IMG/VR virus record: IMGVR_UViG_3300042387_000502
Span: 1-54,071 of that record
Length of the DNA: 54,071 nucleotides
Direction: 5' to 3' (one strand)
Origin: a virus
Lineage: Duplodnaviria > Caudoviricetes
In this document: one piece after another, positions 19,022 to 28,701 of the stretch
How positions within the stretch are numbered: position 1 is the stretch's first letter
Layout: every line of letters starts with the position of its first letter
Notes under the pieces: generated by a model
Told to the model about the DNA's origin: nothing
Databases searched by the model: none
The model's input: only the letters and a program-made list of their open reading frames with translations
Made by a program: the position numbers and the translations under genes

Positions 19022-19555
19022 ATGGAAATTGAATTATCAGATCATTTTGATCGCATGAATAAAGTTGTTGCCGAACTTTTAAAGGGCAATAATCCGACCC
19101 AGATTGCCTCTCTGACGGGCTATAAGCGGTCAGACGTAGTAGAACTTATAGACGAGTGGAAAACTGTCGTATACAACGATACAAGCTCTAAGGAACGGGC
19201 CAAAGAGGCTATCTCAGGAGCTGATCAACATTACTCTATGTTAATTAAAGAGGCATGGAAAACAGTGGAAGATGCAGATCAGGCAGGTCAATTAAATGTT
19301 AAGGCTAACGCTCTTAAATTGATTTCAGATATTGAAACAAAAAGAATTACTATGCTTAAAGAAGTTGGTTTATTAGATAATGCCGAAATGGCAGCACAAA
19401 TTGCAGAAACAGAGCACAAGCAAGACATTCTGGTTAAAATATTAAAAGAGGTTACAGCCTCTTGTCCAAAATGTAAAATGGATGTAGCAAGAAGGCTATC
19501 ACAAATTACAGGAATTGTAGAACCAGTTGTAATAAATTCTGAAGAGGTAGTCTAA
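19022..19555 (+). CDS. HTH protein, probable terminase small subunit
   Basis: N-terminal HTH, helical body, upstream of the large terminase. Confidence 0.55.
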   Translation: MEIELSDHFDRMNKVVAELLKGNNPTQIASLTGYKRSDVVELIDEWKTVVYNDTSSKERAKEAISGADQHYSMLIKEAWKTVEDADQAGQLNVKANALKLISDIETKRITMLKEVGLLDNAEMAAQIAETEHKQDILVKILKEVTASCPKCKMDVARRLSQITGIVEPVVINSEEVV

Positions 19556-20136
19556 TGTTTGATAAAACCAATTTTGAAAAACTTGGAGAAGACATATACG
19601 TATATCATAATTTTGCAACAGATAATGAATGCGATAGGATTATACATTACTCTAATTTAATAGAAGAAGATCTCTGGCACGACAATTTTAGTTTCTATAC
19701 ATCAGATATTTCTATAACTACAATTTCTGAAATAAAAAAAAGATTAAGCTATCTTTTAAATGATAATATTTTTTTAAATGAAAATAATGGATTAATAAGA
19801 ATGCAAAAAGGGCAGTCGTGGGGCCTGCATTCAGATAATCACGACTTTTTACAATTAAGAGAAAAGGCGTCTTTATACAAAGAAGGTGATGTTTTTCATT
19901 TTGAAAAAAATAATTTGTATGGATTAATAATATATTTTAATGATTTTGAAGGTGGTGAAGTTTATTATCCAAATCAAAATATAGAATATAAACCTAAAAA
20001 AGGAGATTTGCTTATACACAGCGCAGAAGAACATTGTTTGCATGGGGTAAAAGAAGTAAAAAGTAAAGTGAGGTACTCACATTCAAGCAATCTGTATAAT
20101 TATATAAAAGTTCCAAGGAAATACAATGTCATTTAA
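19555..20136 (+). CDS. 2OG-Fe(II) oxygenase (prolyl-4-hydroxylase-like)
   Basis: HSD, YFND.FEGGE, HGV...R. Confidence 0.85.
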   Translation: MFDKTNFEKLGEDIYVYHNFATDNECDRIIHYSNLIEEDLWHDNFSFYTSDISITTISEIKKRLSYLLNDNIFLNENNGLIRMQKGQSWGLHSDNHDFLQLREKASLYKEGDVFHFEKNNLYGLIIYFNDFEGGEVYYPNQNIEYKPKKGDLLIHSAEEHCLHGVKEVKSKVRYSHSSNLYNYIKVPRKYNVI

Positions 20137-21925
20137 CTTTTCCGATATAATAGATATTTTAGATAATGAAGAGTTTGAAGAAAGACCAGTAGACCTACAA
20201 ACTTTTGTTACAAACCCTAATTACTTAGCCTTACCACCACTTTCAAATTATCAATATACACTAATTGAAAAGTCATCTCAAATATATAAAGAGTCTACAT
20301 TAATTAAATTATTTGGAGAAGAAGAAGGCTCTAGAATATTTAAGCAAACAGCCAACGAAGTAATTGCTCAACTTGGCAAAGGTTCTGGCAAAGACTACTG
20401 CTCAACAATTGCAACAGCTTATATTGTGTATTTGTTATTATGCCTGAAGGACCCAGCGTCATATTATGGGAAACCACCAGGAGATGCAATCGATATTTTA
20501 AATATTGCTATTAACGCACAACAAGCAAACAATGTTTTCTTTAAAGGTTTTAAGACACGTATTGAAAAGTCTCCATGGTTTACTGGAAAATACACAGACA
20601 AAGCTTCTGAAATGAAATTTGATAAATCTATTACAGTTCATTCTGGTCACTCTGAGCGTGAAGCTTGGGAAGGGTATAACGTTATTGTTGTTATCCTTGA
20701 TGAGATTTCAGGTTTTGCTACAGAGAATACAACTGGACATGATCAAGCTAAAACTGCAGATGCTATATACGAAATGTACAGAGCATCAGTAGACTCACGT
20801 TTCCCAGATTTTGGCAAAGTAATATTACTTTCTTTTCCAAGATTTAAAAATGATCCAATACAAAAATTTTACGAATCTGTTATTGCTGAAAAAGAAACTA
20901 TAGTAAGAAGCCATAATTTTAAAATGGATCTCGATCTCCCAGACGGAACTGAAGGTAATGAGTTTGTAGTTGAATGGGAAGAAGACCATATTCTTTCTTA
21001 TTCTATTCCAAAAGTATATGCATTAAAACGTCCGACCTGGGAAATTAATCCAACTAGAAGCATTGATGATTTTAAAGTAGCATTTTATAAAAACTCTATG
21101 GATGCATTAGGAAGGTTTGCTTGCATGCCGTCAGACGCAGTAGATGCATTTTTTAAATCAAGAGAAAAAATAGAAACAGCATTTAATAACACAGCAGTTG
21201 CTATTGATCAATTTGGAAGATTTGAAAATTGGTTCGCACCAGACCCAGATAAAGAATATTTTATACACGTAGACCTTGCACAAAAGCATGACCATTGTGC
21301 AGTTTCTTTAGCACATGTTCAAAAATGGGTTAATGTAAAAGTAAGTGATACTTATACACAGCCAGCACCAATAGTAGAAGTAGATGCAGTAAGATTTTGG
21401 ACCCCAACACCAGATAAGTCTGTAGACTTTACAGAAGTAAAAGATTACATATTGTCTTTAAGAACAAAAGGATTTAAAATAAGACTATGTACTTTTGACA
21501 GATGGAATTCTCACGATATGATGCAACAACTAAAACAATACGGCATCAATACAGAAATTCTATCTGTCGCTAAAAAACACTACGACGATATGGCGATGAT
21601 AGTTTTAGAAGAAAGACTAAAAGGGCCACACATTCCTTTACTTATAGATGAATTATTGCAATTAAAAATTATGAGAGATAAGGTAGACCACCCAAGAAAA
21701 GGATCAAAAGACTTGGCAGATGCTGTCTGTGGATCAATATTTAATGCAATACGTGGAACTAGATTTGATTCAAATGAAGAAATTAACATACACACATACG
21801 AATCAATGTCTTATGATAATGATTTTAGTAAGGATAACCCAGACGTATCTTCAGTAAATATGATAAGGGCACCAAGAATGCCAAATGAACTTAAAGACGC
21901 AATGGATAGGATGATGGTAATATGA
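20126..21925 (+). CDS. terL: terminase large subunit
   Basis: GKGSGKD, VILDE, HVDLA...D, DHP..GSKDLADA. Confidence 0.9.
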   Translation: MSFNFSDIIDILDNEEFEERPVDLQTFVTNPNYLALPPLSNYQYTLIEKSSQIYKESTLIKLFGEEEGSRIFKQTANEVIAQLGKGSGKDYCSTIATAYIVYLLLCLKDPASYYGKPPGDAIDILNIAINAQQANNVFFKGFKTRIEKSPWFTGKYTDKASEMKFDKSITVHSGHSEREAWEGYNVIVVILDEISGFATENTTGHDQAKTADAIYEMYRASVDSRFPDFGKVILLSFPRFKNDPIQKFYESVIAEKETIVRSHNFKMDLDLPDGTEGNEFVVEWEEDHILSYSIPKVYALKRPTWEINPTRSIDDFKVAFYKNSMDALGRFACMPSDAVDAFFKSREKIETAFNNTAVAIDQFGRFENWFAPDPDKEYFIHVDLAQKHDHCAVSLAHVQKWVNVKVSDTYTQPAPIVEVDAVRFWTPTPDKSVDFTEVKDYILSLRTKGFKIRLCTFDRWNSHDMMQQLKQYGINTEILSVAKKHYDDMAMIVLEERLKGPHIPLLIDELLQLKIMRDKVDHPRKGSKDLADAVCGSIFNAIRGTRFDSNEEINIHTYESMSYDNDFSKDNPDVSSVNMIRAPRMPNELKDAMDRMMVI

Positions 21926-22167
21926 GTATATATCAAGAAAAAGCTAAAGAGTGTAAATGTTGTGGAAAACATGTTCCTCTACCAACAGTTTTAAAAGAGT
22001 ATAATGGTCTTATGATTTGTCCAACAACATTTTCAAATATAATAGAGTATACAAGAATATGGAATGCAATTGGATCAAGACCACCTGGAAATGTTAGAAA
22101 GCATTTTTCTGAGTATGTCCAGCAAATTGTAGAAGCAAATATTTCTGGGGGTAAAAATGCTATCTAA
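21922..22167 (+). CDS. hypothetical protein
   Basis: ORF, CKCC motif. Confidence 0.6.
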   Translation: MSIYQEKAKECKCCGKHVPLPTVLKEYNGLMICPTTFSNIIEYTRIWNAIGSRPPGNVRKHFSEYVQQIVEANISGGKNAI

Positions 22168-22801
22168 ATTTATTAAAAATGGATATAGTGCTAGATATGT
22201 AATAGATGAAGTAATATTAGTAGATGATTTTTTAAAAAAAGAAGAAATAGAAACTTTGCTTAAAGTTGCTGAATCTACTGATGATGATGGGTGGAGAGTA
22301 GAGTATTTAGCAAATTTAAAAAGATTTTGTTTAACAAAATTTGGTAGAGATGATGTAGATAATTTAGTTAAAGAGGGCAAATTTGAAGTAACAGATAATT
22401 GGGCAGATAAAATAATAAGTACAAACTCTTTAGATGAAAGACATGTAATTACTCAAAGACTTAAAGATATTTTAAAAGATTTTCCAGAGCTAGATATCCC
22501 AGGATTTGGAAGTATTCAAAGACAATATGATGGGGTTCCATTAAAAGAACATACAGATGTACACACAGATCCATCAATACAATATGCATCTATTATTTAT
22601 TTAAATGATAACTATAATGGTGGAGAATTTTATTTTGTGCACAAAGAATTTCAAATAAAGCCAAAACCTGGTTCACTTTTAATATTTCCTGGAACAGAAG
22701 AATTTAGGCATGGAGTAAAAGCACCAGAGGCTGGCCCAATGAGATATGTTTTGCCTGGATTTATTCATACAAAAGATTTTTATAAGCATAATAAATTTTA
22801 A
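22157..22801 (+). CDS. 2OG-Fe(II) oxygenase
   Basis: HTD, YLND.YNGGE, HGV...R. Confidence 0.87.
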   Translation: MLSKFIKNGYSARYVIDEVILVDDFLKKEEIETLLKVAESTDDDGWRVEYLANLKRFCLTKFGRDDVDNLVKEGKFEVTDNWADKIISTNSLDERHVITQRLKDILKDFPELDIPGFGSIQRQYDGVPLKEHTDVHTDPSIQYASIIYLNDNYNGGEFYFVHKEFQIKPKPGSLLIFPGTEEFRHGVKAPEAGPMRYVLPGFIHTKDFYKHNKF

Positions 22802-22847
22802 GCTATTGACCTACTCAGATATAATATATATAATATATTAATTATGA

Positions 22848-22921
22848 GCAACAGTAGCTTAGTTGGTTAAAGCCCCGAACTCATAATTCGGTAATCGTAG
22901 GTTCAAGTCCTACCTGTTGCA
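22848..22921 (+). tRNA. tRNA with CAT anticodon (elongator Met or Ile2)
   Basis: Acceptor GCAACAG/CTGTTGC, anticodon arm CCGAA-CTCATAA-TTCGG, GTTCAAGTC T-loop; TTGACC-N17-TATAAT promoter at 22806-22834; no encoded CCA. Confidence 0.93.
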
Positions 22922-22933
22922 CAAGGAGATGCT

Positions 22934-23227
22934 GTGGAAGAGTCTGAAGATAATGATCTATTTAATTACTATATGGAAATTGGCGCAATAGAATTGTCTG
23001 GTATAGATGAATCTGGAGAAATAGTTTTTAAAGTTACAGATACGGCAAAAGATATGGCACCAGAGTTATGGAAAGCACATACCGATTACGTAGATGATAC
23101 ATTACTAGAATTGTACAGCAAGGATTTGATATCTGTAGAGTACGATGAAAATTTACAAGCAACAATTAGTTTAACGGAAGAAGCTCAAAGAATCATTGAA
23201 GACAAAGGGATTATGCCACTTGAATAA
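22934..23227 (+). CDS. acidic hypothetical protein
   Basis: GTG start with AAGGAG RBS. Confidence 0.7.
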   Translation: MEESEDNDLFNYYMEIGAIELSGIDESGEIVFKVTDTAKDMAPELWKAHTDYVDDTLLELYSKDLISVEYDENLQATISLTEEAQRIIEDKGIMPLE

Positions 23228-23243
23228 TATGGTACAATATATA

Positions 23244-23298
23244 TAGGTCGCCGAATGGGACCTAATTTAACTTATTCGCTTGAAGGAGGAATAAAATG
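23244..23298 (+). ncRNA. ROSE-like RNA thermometer in hsp20 5'UTR
   Basis: Two hairpins; UUAUUC-G-CUU pairs with GAGGAAUAA (SD), with a bulged G and a UCGCU motif. Confidence 0.7.
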
Positions 23299-23712
23299 GT
23301 AACAACATTCCCTATGGATCTTTTTAATGATCCATTTTTTATTGGTTTTGGGAGAAACCTAGAACGAATCACATCTAATAAAGATCTATTTGCAACTAAC
23401 TATCCGCCACATAATTTAATTAAAATTGATGAGGATAATTTTAGAATTGAACTTGCAGTCGCAGGATTTTCTAAACAAGATATTTCAATAGATCTATTAC
23501 AAAATGAACTTAGGGTATTCGGAGATAAAGAAGAAACTGAAAATAATTCTTTTGTACATAAAGGAATTGCATCACGTAATTTTCAAAAATTTTTTGCTCT
23601 TGGAGAATACATTGAAGTTGTTGAGGCTGAAATGAAAGATGGCCTACTTGTGATTTCTTTAAAGAGAAATACTCCAGAAGCCCAAAAGCCAAAGACAATC
23701 AAAATAAAATAA
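23296..23712 (+). CDS. Hsp20/IbpA small heat-shock protein
   Basis: NYPPHN, IELAVAGF, HKGIA.R.F, A.MKDGLL.I. Confidence 0.93.
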   Translation: MVTTFPMDLFNDPFFIGFGRNLERITSNKDLFATNYPPHNLIKIDEDNFRIELAVAGFSKQDISIDLLQNELRVFGDKEETENNSFVHKGIASRNFQKFFALGEYIEVVEAEMKDGLLVISLKRNTPEAQKPKTIKIK

Positions 23713-23724
23713 GATATAATAGAA

Positions 23725-23806
23725 GTCTGCACCCCGTCACTGGGGAGTCGCAGGCTGTTCGGGTTGCTACCCGAAGGATACACCTGAGCATGTGTATAAA
23801 CTGCTC
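23725..23806 (+). ncRNA. structured non-coding RNA with 3' H-type pseudoknot
   Basis: TATAAT at 23715; stems GTCTGC/GCAGGC, CCCC/GGGG, TTCGGGT/ACCCGAA, ATACAC/GTGTAT; loop GAGCA pairs with TGCTC. Confidence 0.6.
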
Positions 23807-23823
23807 TCTAACATTAAGGAACT

Positions 23824-24603
23824 ATGTTTAACTTTCATTGGCTTGCTAGAGAAAACTATTCTATAAAAAATTTAATTGAATTGTCTAATGAACTAGAATC
23901 AGTGGGATACTATTCTGTTTTATTAACATATAACTCAAAAACACCAGATTCTTTTATTAAAATTCCACATATTATTAATAAAACTCATAAACTTAAATAT
24001 ATGATTGCAATAAGGCCACACGCAATAAGTCCAGAGTATTTAAAAATGCAGTGTGATGGATTTTATGAAATACAGCCAAATAGATTAATTATAAATTTTG
24101 TAGCTGGAGATTTACTTCAAGATGAAGATGTGCCAATTCCAACTGTAGATAGAATTAATAGTTTTATGGATTTAGAATCAAGAAGAAATCATTTAAATAT
24201 TTTTTTAGAAATATTTAAAAGCTTGCCAGGTGAAAAACCAGAAATAGCGGTTAGCGGATCTTCTGACCAGATACTAAATTCAGCCGAGCAACACTCAGAT
24301 ATTTTAATAACTGAGCTATCTCAATATATAAACAAAGGACTATCAAGTAAAAATATAAACAAAACGGTAGTTAAAATTAATGTATGCATTAGAGATACTC
24401 AAAAAGAAATAGATGAAATTATTAAAAATAAAACAATTCAAGGTCTAGACCCCGAATATTCTGGAACTAAAGATAAAGTTATGTCAAGTATATTAAAACT
24501 GCAAAATATTGGAATAAAGGATATAATGGTATCTGCAGGATTTGGAGATTTACAAAAATATAGAATACATGATTTGGTAAAAACAATAAAGGAGATAAAG
24601 TAA
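23824..24603 (+). CDS. luciferase-like (LLM class) flavin-dependent oxidoreductase
   Basis: LE..GY.SVLL, KYMIAIRP...SP, RL.IN.VAG, I.VSGSS pattern. Confidence 0.7.
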   Translation: MFNFHWLARENYSIKNLIELSNELESVGYYSVLLTYNSKTPDSFIKIPHIINKTHKLKYMIAIRPHAISPEYLKMQCDGFYEIQPNRLIINFVAGDLLQDEDVPIPTVDRINSFMDLESRRNHLNIFLEIFKSLPGEKPEIAVSGSSDQILNSAEQHSDILITELSQYINKGLSSKNINKTVVKINVCIRDTQKEIDEIIKNKTIQGLDPEYSGTKDKVMSSILKLQNIGIKDIMVSAGFGDLQKYRIHDLVKTIKEIK

Positions 24604-25007
24604 TGTTTGAATATTATGTTAAAAAGGTAAGTAAAGTTGTTGACGGAGACACTATTGATGTAGATATTGATCTTGGTTTTAATATATCATTTAGCTCAAG
24701 AGTAAGGTTAGCAGGAATCGATACTCCTGAAAGCCGCACCACAGACAAAATAGAAAAAGCGTTAGGTCTTGAATCTAAAGAATATTTAAAGAAAGCAATT
24801 GATTCCTCTAAAACTGTTGTAATTAAAACAGAAAAAATGGACTCATCAGAAAAGTATGGACGCATCCTTGGATGGGTATTTTTAGACGGATCAGAAGTTT
24901 CAATAAATCAAAAAATGATTAACGAAGGATATGCTTGGGGATACATGGGGGAGACTAAAGTAAAAGATTTTGATGCTTTAGCAAAACAAAGAGCAAAGAA
25001 GAAGTAA
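24603..25007 (+). CDS. thermonuclease (SNase family)
   Basis: VVDGDT, RLAGIDTPE, KYGRILG. Confidence 0.92.
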   Translation: MFEYYVKKVSKVVDGDTIDVDIDLGFNISFSSRVRLAGIDTPESRTTDKIEKALGLESKEYLKKAIDSSKTVVIKTEKMDSSEKYGRILGWVFLDGSEVSINQKMINEGYAWGYMGETKVKDFDALAKQRAKKK

Positions 25008-25190
25008 ATGCCAATATATGAATACTCATGTGTAACATGTGACAAATCATTAGAGATTACTCGAAAGTTTGATGAAACAGAAGTTGTACCACCTTGCCCT
25101 TCTTGCGGATATGGAATGGTAAGATCATATGGAACAGTTGGAATACAATTCAAAGGAAATGGTTTTTACAAAACAGATAATCCTAAGTAA
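25008..25190 (+). CDS. FmdB-family zinc-ribbon protein
   Basis: MPIYEYSC..C...CPSCG...FKG.GFYKTD. Confidence 0.85.
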   Translation: MPIYEYSCVTCDKSLEITRKFDETEVVPPCPSCGYGMVRSYGTVGIQFKGNGFYKTDNPK

Positions 25191-25249
25191 CTAAGACTAT
25201 TTAAATAAACAAACATGATATAATCTCTATGTAACAAAAATTTTGTTAC

Positions 25250-27868
25250 TTGGAGATCCAATTGCATAGAAAGTTAAAACTATTTTTAGCTAGCCTTTTT
25301 GTAACAGGTTGGCTATTTTTTATTGGTCCAAGTTATGCGTGGGCTACAGATAATGGCGGACAAGAACAAGTTGTTGTAAGTCCTGCACAACAAGCAGTTA
25401 ATTCAGCCCTCGCAACAGCCACCACAGAAGTTCAACAGGCTATTGCAGCCACGGACACTGCCACTGCCACAATAGTAACAGCGGTTGCTGAAAGAGTAGA
25501 AGCTCAAGAAGCGGTAAACATAGTAACAGCCGCAGTAACAGTAGCGCAATCAAATGTAGCTTTAGTAGACACCGCCACTGCTACAGTTAATAACATAAAT
25601 TTAGCCGTCACACCAATAGATCAAAGTTCGCAGATAATTGCAGATGCAAAAAATACAATTACAACAGCACAAACTTCTATAAATAATATTGACACATCAA
25701 CTGCACAGGTACAAATATCTGAAGCCGTAGTTGCAAAAACAGAAGCAGTTACAGCACAAGCAACTGCACAAACAGAATTAACACAGGCAAACCTTGCTAT
25801 TGATGCTGCTCAAACAGCAGTCAATAATTTACAAGCCACTATTGGAACTAGCACAAATGTTTTGGCTGGAGTAGATGATGCTGGTGTTCAAATGAATCTT
25901 CCGTTCGGAATGCAAATGGGTGGAACTGTTTACAACAATGTATTCGTTGGATCAAATGCAACAATAACATTTGGAACAAATGAAGGATGGGTTTATCATA
26001 CAACTCCAGGAGCACCTTCAGTATCTATTGCTGGATGGGACTGGACTACTTGGAGTACAGGAACTGGAATTACATATTCAACTACTGGAACAAGTTTAGA
26101 TATTGCTTGGGATTTAAGACCATTTCCACAACAAGATGCTTCTACTCAAATGGTTCAGGTAAGATTTAATGCTGATGTAAATCCAAATGATGGTGCATGG
26201 ATGGCAAATGTAACTGCTAATGGACCAATACCAGATCAAGCGAGATTTAATGTTAGAGAAACAACTAACGGTGCACTCATTCCAATTACAGATACTAATG
26301 TTGGAGCAGGTTTTGCTGGACAAATAAGTCAAGGTGCAGCATTTACTCCGTATGTAGACCCAAATACAGAAACAGTTCAGGCAGCGGTTGACTCAGCAAA
26401 TGCAACTATTGCACAATTAAACTCAAGCCTTACTCCAGTAGTTGCTCAAAATACTACAAACACATCTAATATAAATGCTATTAATACAACATCTTTAACT
26501 AATACCGTAAACTCAGCGGTATCAACAAAGACTTCTTTACAGTCAACATTAAACACTAAAGCAGGACAACTTGTCTCTGCTATTAATAACAACATTCCAA
26601 CACCTGCCCCAATAATATCTCAAGCAGTAGTAGATGGATCAACAGTAACTGTTATGCCAGAATTACCATCTGGATATACACCAAACACATGGTTCTATCA
26701 AGTAGTAACTGAAGATGAAAATGCAGAAAATCCATATGAAGGACAAACATTAAACACAGACGGAGCGCCAGAATTTATTCAATTAACTGGATTAACAGAA
26801 GGTGCTTCATATACAATTAGAATTGCAAACTGGTCTGGTCCAGTAAGTCAGTATGTTGAAACTATTATTACAATTCCACAAGAAGAAATAATTAGTGTGC
26901 CGTCACAGCCATCTTACATAACACCAATAGAGCCAATCATTGATGAACCTGTTATACAAGAACCAATCATTGATGAACCTATTATAGAAGAACCAATTAT
27001 TGATGAACCTGTTATAGAAGAACCAATTATTGATGAACCTGTTATAGAAGAACCTATTATTGAGGAACCTATTATTGAAGAGCCATCTAACGAAGAAATT
27101 TCTGTTAGCGAAGAAGCAGAAATTGTATTTGAAGAAAGCGAAGCCTCTATTGAAGACATATCCGAAAGCGGTGCAAACCTTTCCGTAGAAGATGTTCAAG
27201 AAATTATTACTGATTTAATTAGCGATAGCGATTTAGATGCATTTGAAGTTTCTGCAGTGCTAGAAGCAATTGCTGAAGGCGGAGAGGTGTCTGCAGAAAT
27301 CGCTGCTGAAGTATCTGAATCTTTATCGGAGGGTGGGCTGACAGAAGCAGAAGCAGAATTTATTACAGAAATGCTTTCTGCAGATGGAGAAATAACAACT
27401 GCAGAAGTTGTTAATTTATCTGAAGCCTTATCTGAAGACGGTAAATTTACTTTAGTAGAAAAAGATTTAGTTGCAGATGTACTGGTAACTTCAGCAGAAG
27501 GAGCACCTGTAACTGCTGCCAACATAGAAGCAGCGGGACTTGAATATCGTGATCTTCCCCCAACAATTCCAGTAGAGGTAAGAGAAGACGCTAATGGTAA
27601 TCCAGTAGTTATTCAAGCAGAAGTTGCTTCCGCATTACTTGTTTTAGAAAGCCCAGCAGCAATAGCAAATGCAATTGCTACTTGTTTTAATCCAGAAGAG
27701 GCAATTGAAGGTTTAACAGAAGAGCAAAAATGTGAATTAGGCAAAGCACTACTTAACATGGGTGCCGATATGTCTATTCCAGAACGTGAAAAAGCAGAAG
27801 ATATCGTAGTAGTAACAATAATAGCTGGCCAGATAGTTCTTGGCACAGCATATAGAAGGAAGGTATAA
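25250..27868 (+). CDS. large membrane-anchored surface protein (signal peptide, Ala/Thr coiled coil, beta domain, Fn3-like domain, Pro repeat, acidic region, C-terminal hydrophobic anchor)
   Basis: N-terminal hydrophobic segment with AWA cleavage motif; LTGLTEGASYTIRI (Fn3-like); C-terminal VVVTIIAGQIVLG-RRKV; start uncertain. Confidence 0.7.
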   Translation: MEIQLHRKLKLFLASLFVTGWLFFIGPSYAWATDNGGQEQVVVSPAQQAVNSALATATTEVQQAIAATDTATATIVTAVAERVEAQEAVNIVTAAVTVAQSNVALVDTATATVNNINLAVTPIDQSSQIIADAKNTITTAQTSINNIDTSTAQVQISEAVVAKTEAVTAQATAQTELTQANLAIDAAQTAVNNLQATIGTSTNVLAGVDDAGVQMNLPFGMQMGGTVYNNVFVGSNATITFGTNEGWVYHTTPGAPSVSIAGWDWTTWSTGTGITYSTTGTSLDIAWDLRPFPQQDASTQMVQVRFNADVNPNDGAWMANVTANGPIPDQARFNVRETTNGALIPITDTNVGAGFAGQISQGAAFTPYVDPNTETVQAAVDSANATIAQLNSSLTPVVAQNTTNTSNINAINTTSLTNTVNSAVSTKTSLQSTLNTKAGQLVSAINNNIPTPAPIISQAVVDGSTVTVMPELPSGYTPNTWFYQVVTEDENAENPYEGQTLNTDGAPEFIQLTGLTEGASYTIRIANWSGPVSQYVETIITIPQEEIISVPSQPSYITPIEPIIDEPVIQEPIIDEPIIEEPIIDEPVIEEPIIDEPVIEEPIIEEPIIEEPSNEEISVSEEAEIVFEESEASIEDISESGANLSVEDVQEIITDLISDSDLDAFEVSAVLEAIAEGGEVSAEIAAEVSESLSEGGLTEAEAEFITEMLSADGEITTAEVVNLSEALSEDGKFTLVEKDLVADVLVTSAEGAPVTAANIEAAGLEYRDLPPTIPVEVREDANGNPVVIQAEVASALLVLESPAAIANAIATCFNPEEAIEGLTEEQKCELGKALLNMGADMSIPEREKAEDIVVVTIIAGQIVLGTAYRRKV
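26930..27085 (+). repeat. 10 x 15-bp coding tandem repeat (EP[I/V]I[D/E/Q])
   Basis: GAACC[A/T][A/G]T[C/T]AT[T/A]GA[T/A] units. Confidence 0.9.
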
Positions 27869-27875
27869 TAAGAAT

Positions 27876-28061
27876 ATGAAATGGTTAAAAAAATGGAGCC
27901 TAGCCGCTCTAAATGAAAACTTTACATTCCTTGGATTTTTTGTAGCCTGGGTAGTATTAGAAGGTAGCGCAAAAACCGTTGTAGGTTATGTAACCCTAGC
28001 CTCAGTAGCCTTATGGTTTATGACTATAGGAATTAGAGAAAAGGCTGAAAAAGAAGAATAG
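27876..28061 (+). CDS. small two-TM membrane protein (leaderless)
   Basis: Two hydrophobic segments; TATAAT 6 nt before the ATG. Confidence 0.65.
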   Translation: MKWLKKWSLAALNENFTFLGFFVAWVVLEGSAKTVVGYVTLASVALWFMTIGIREKAEKEE

Positions 28062-28094
28062 TCCTTGTAGTAATAAATTTGCTATAATAGGAAT

Positions 28095-28301
28095 ATGAAA
28101 AAATTAAAAGCTATTGTTTTATCTAGCCTATTAATGCTATCATTAACAGGTTGTGGATATGATGGGCATTTTAGATACCCCTGTCAAGATCCAGCAAATT
28201 GGGAAAAAACAGAATGCAAACCACCAGTCTGTACGGCCAACGGGGCATGTCCAGAAGATTTAGTAAGCCGAGAAGAGATAGAAGGAACACAAAATGGCTA
28301 A
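28095..28301 (+). CDS. small Cys-rich lipoprotein
   Basis: Signal peptide with lipobox LTGC and four further Cys. Confidence 0.75.
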   Translation: MKKLKAIVLSSLLMLSLTGCGYDGHFRYPCQDPANWEKTECKPPVCTANGACPEDLVSREEIEGTQNG

Positions 28302-28701
28302 AGAAAGATTATCGCCTCAAGATTTAGATGCAAGATTAAAGTTTATTCTAGGAATTACTTTAGGATCAATTTTATTTATAACTTCAACAGGCATTATGTA
28401 TGCTTTAATATTTGTTACACAACCAATCACTGGACAATCCGAAAATGATAAAATGTTCTTTAACGTATTAGGTAGCGTTGCTACATTTATTACTGGAACA
28501 TTGGCTGGACTTCTTATTGGTTCATCTGGCGCTAAAGATGTTATGGCAGCACAAATTGCAAACAAAGAAATTGATGCAAAAAATACACAAGCAGATAAAA
28601 AATTAGAAGCTGAAATTGATGATGCAAAGTCACGTAGATTGGCTAAACCAGATGGCGCAATGCCAGCAGAGCAACCAGTAGACACTAGCTGGGACAAATA
28701 A
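28294..28701 (+). CDS. two-TM membrane protein, holin candidate
   Basis: Two TM helices directly upstream of the endolysin. Confidence 0.55.
   Translation: MAKERLSPQDLDARLKFILGITLGSILFITSTGIMYALIFVTQPITGQSENDKMFFNVLGSVATFITGTLAGLLIGSSGAKDVMAAQIANKEIDAKNTQADKKLEAEIDDAKSRRLAKPDGAMPAEQPVDTSWDK

Noticed and set aside
4987-21925. Inteins or introns in DnaB, DnaE, RecA or TerL
   Set aside because: Lengths are ordinary, motifs are contiguous, and no intein splice-junction or homing-endonuclease insert was seen.
26930-27085. Regular repeats resembling a CRISPR array
   Set aside because: 15-bp tandem units without unique spacers, in frame within a CDS encoding EPII(D/E).
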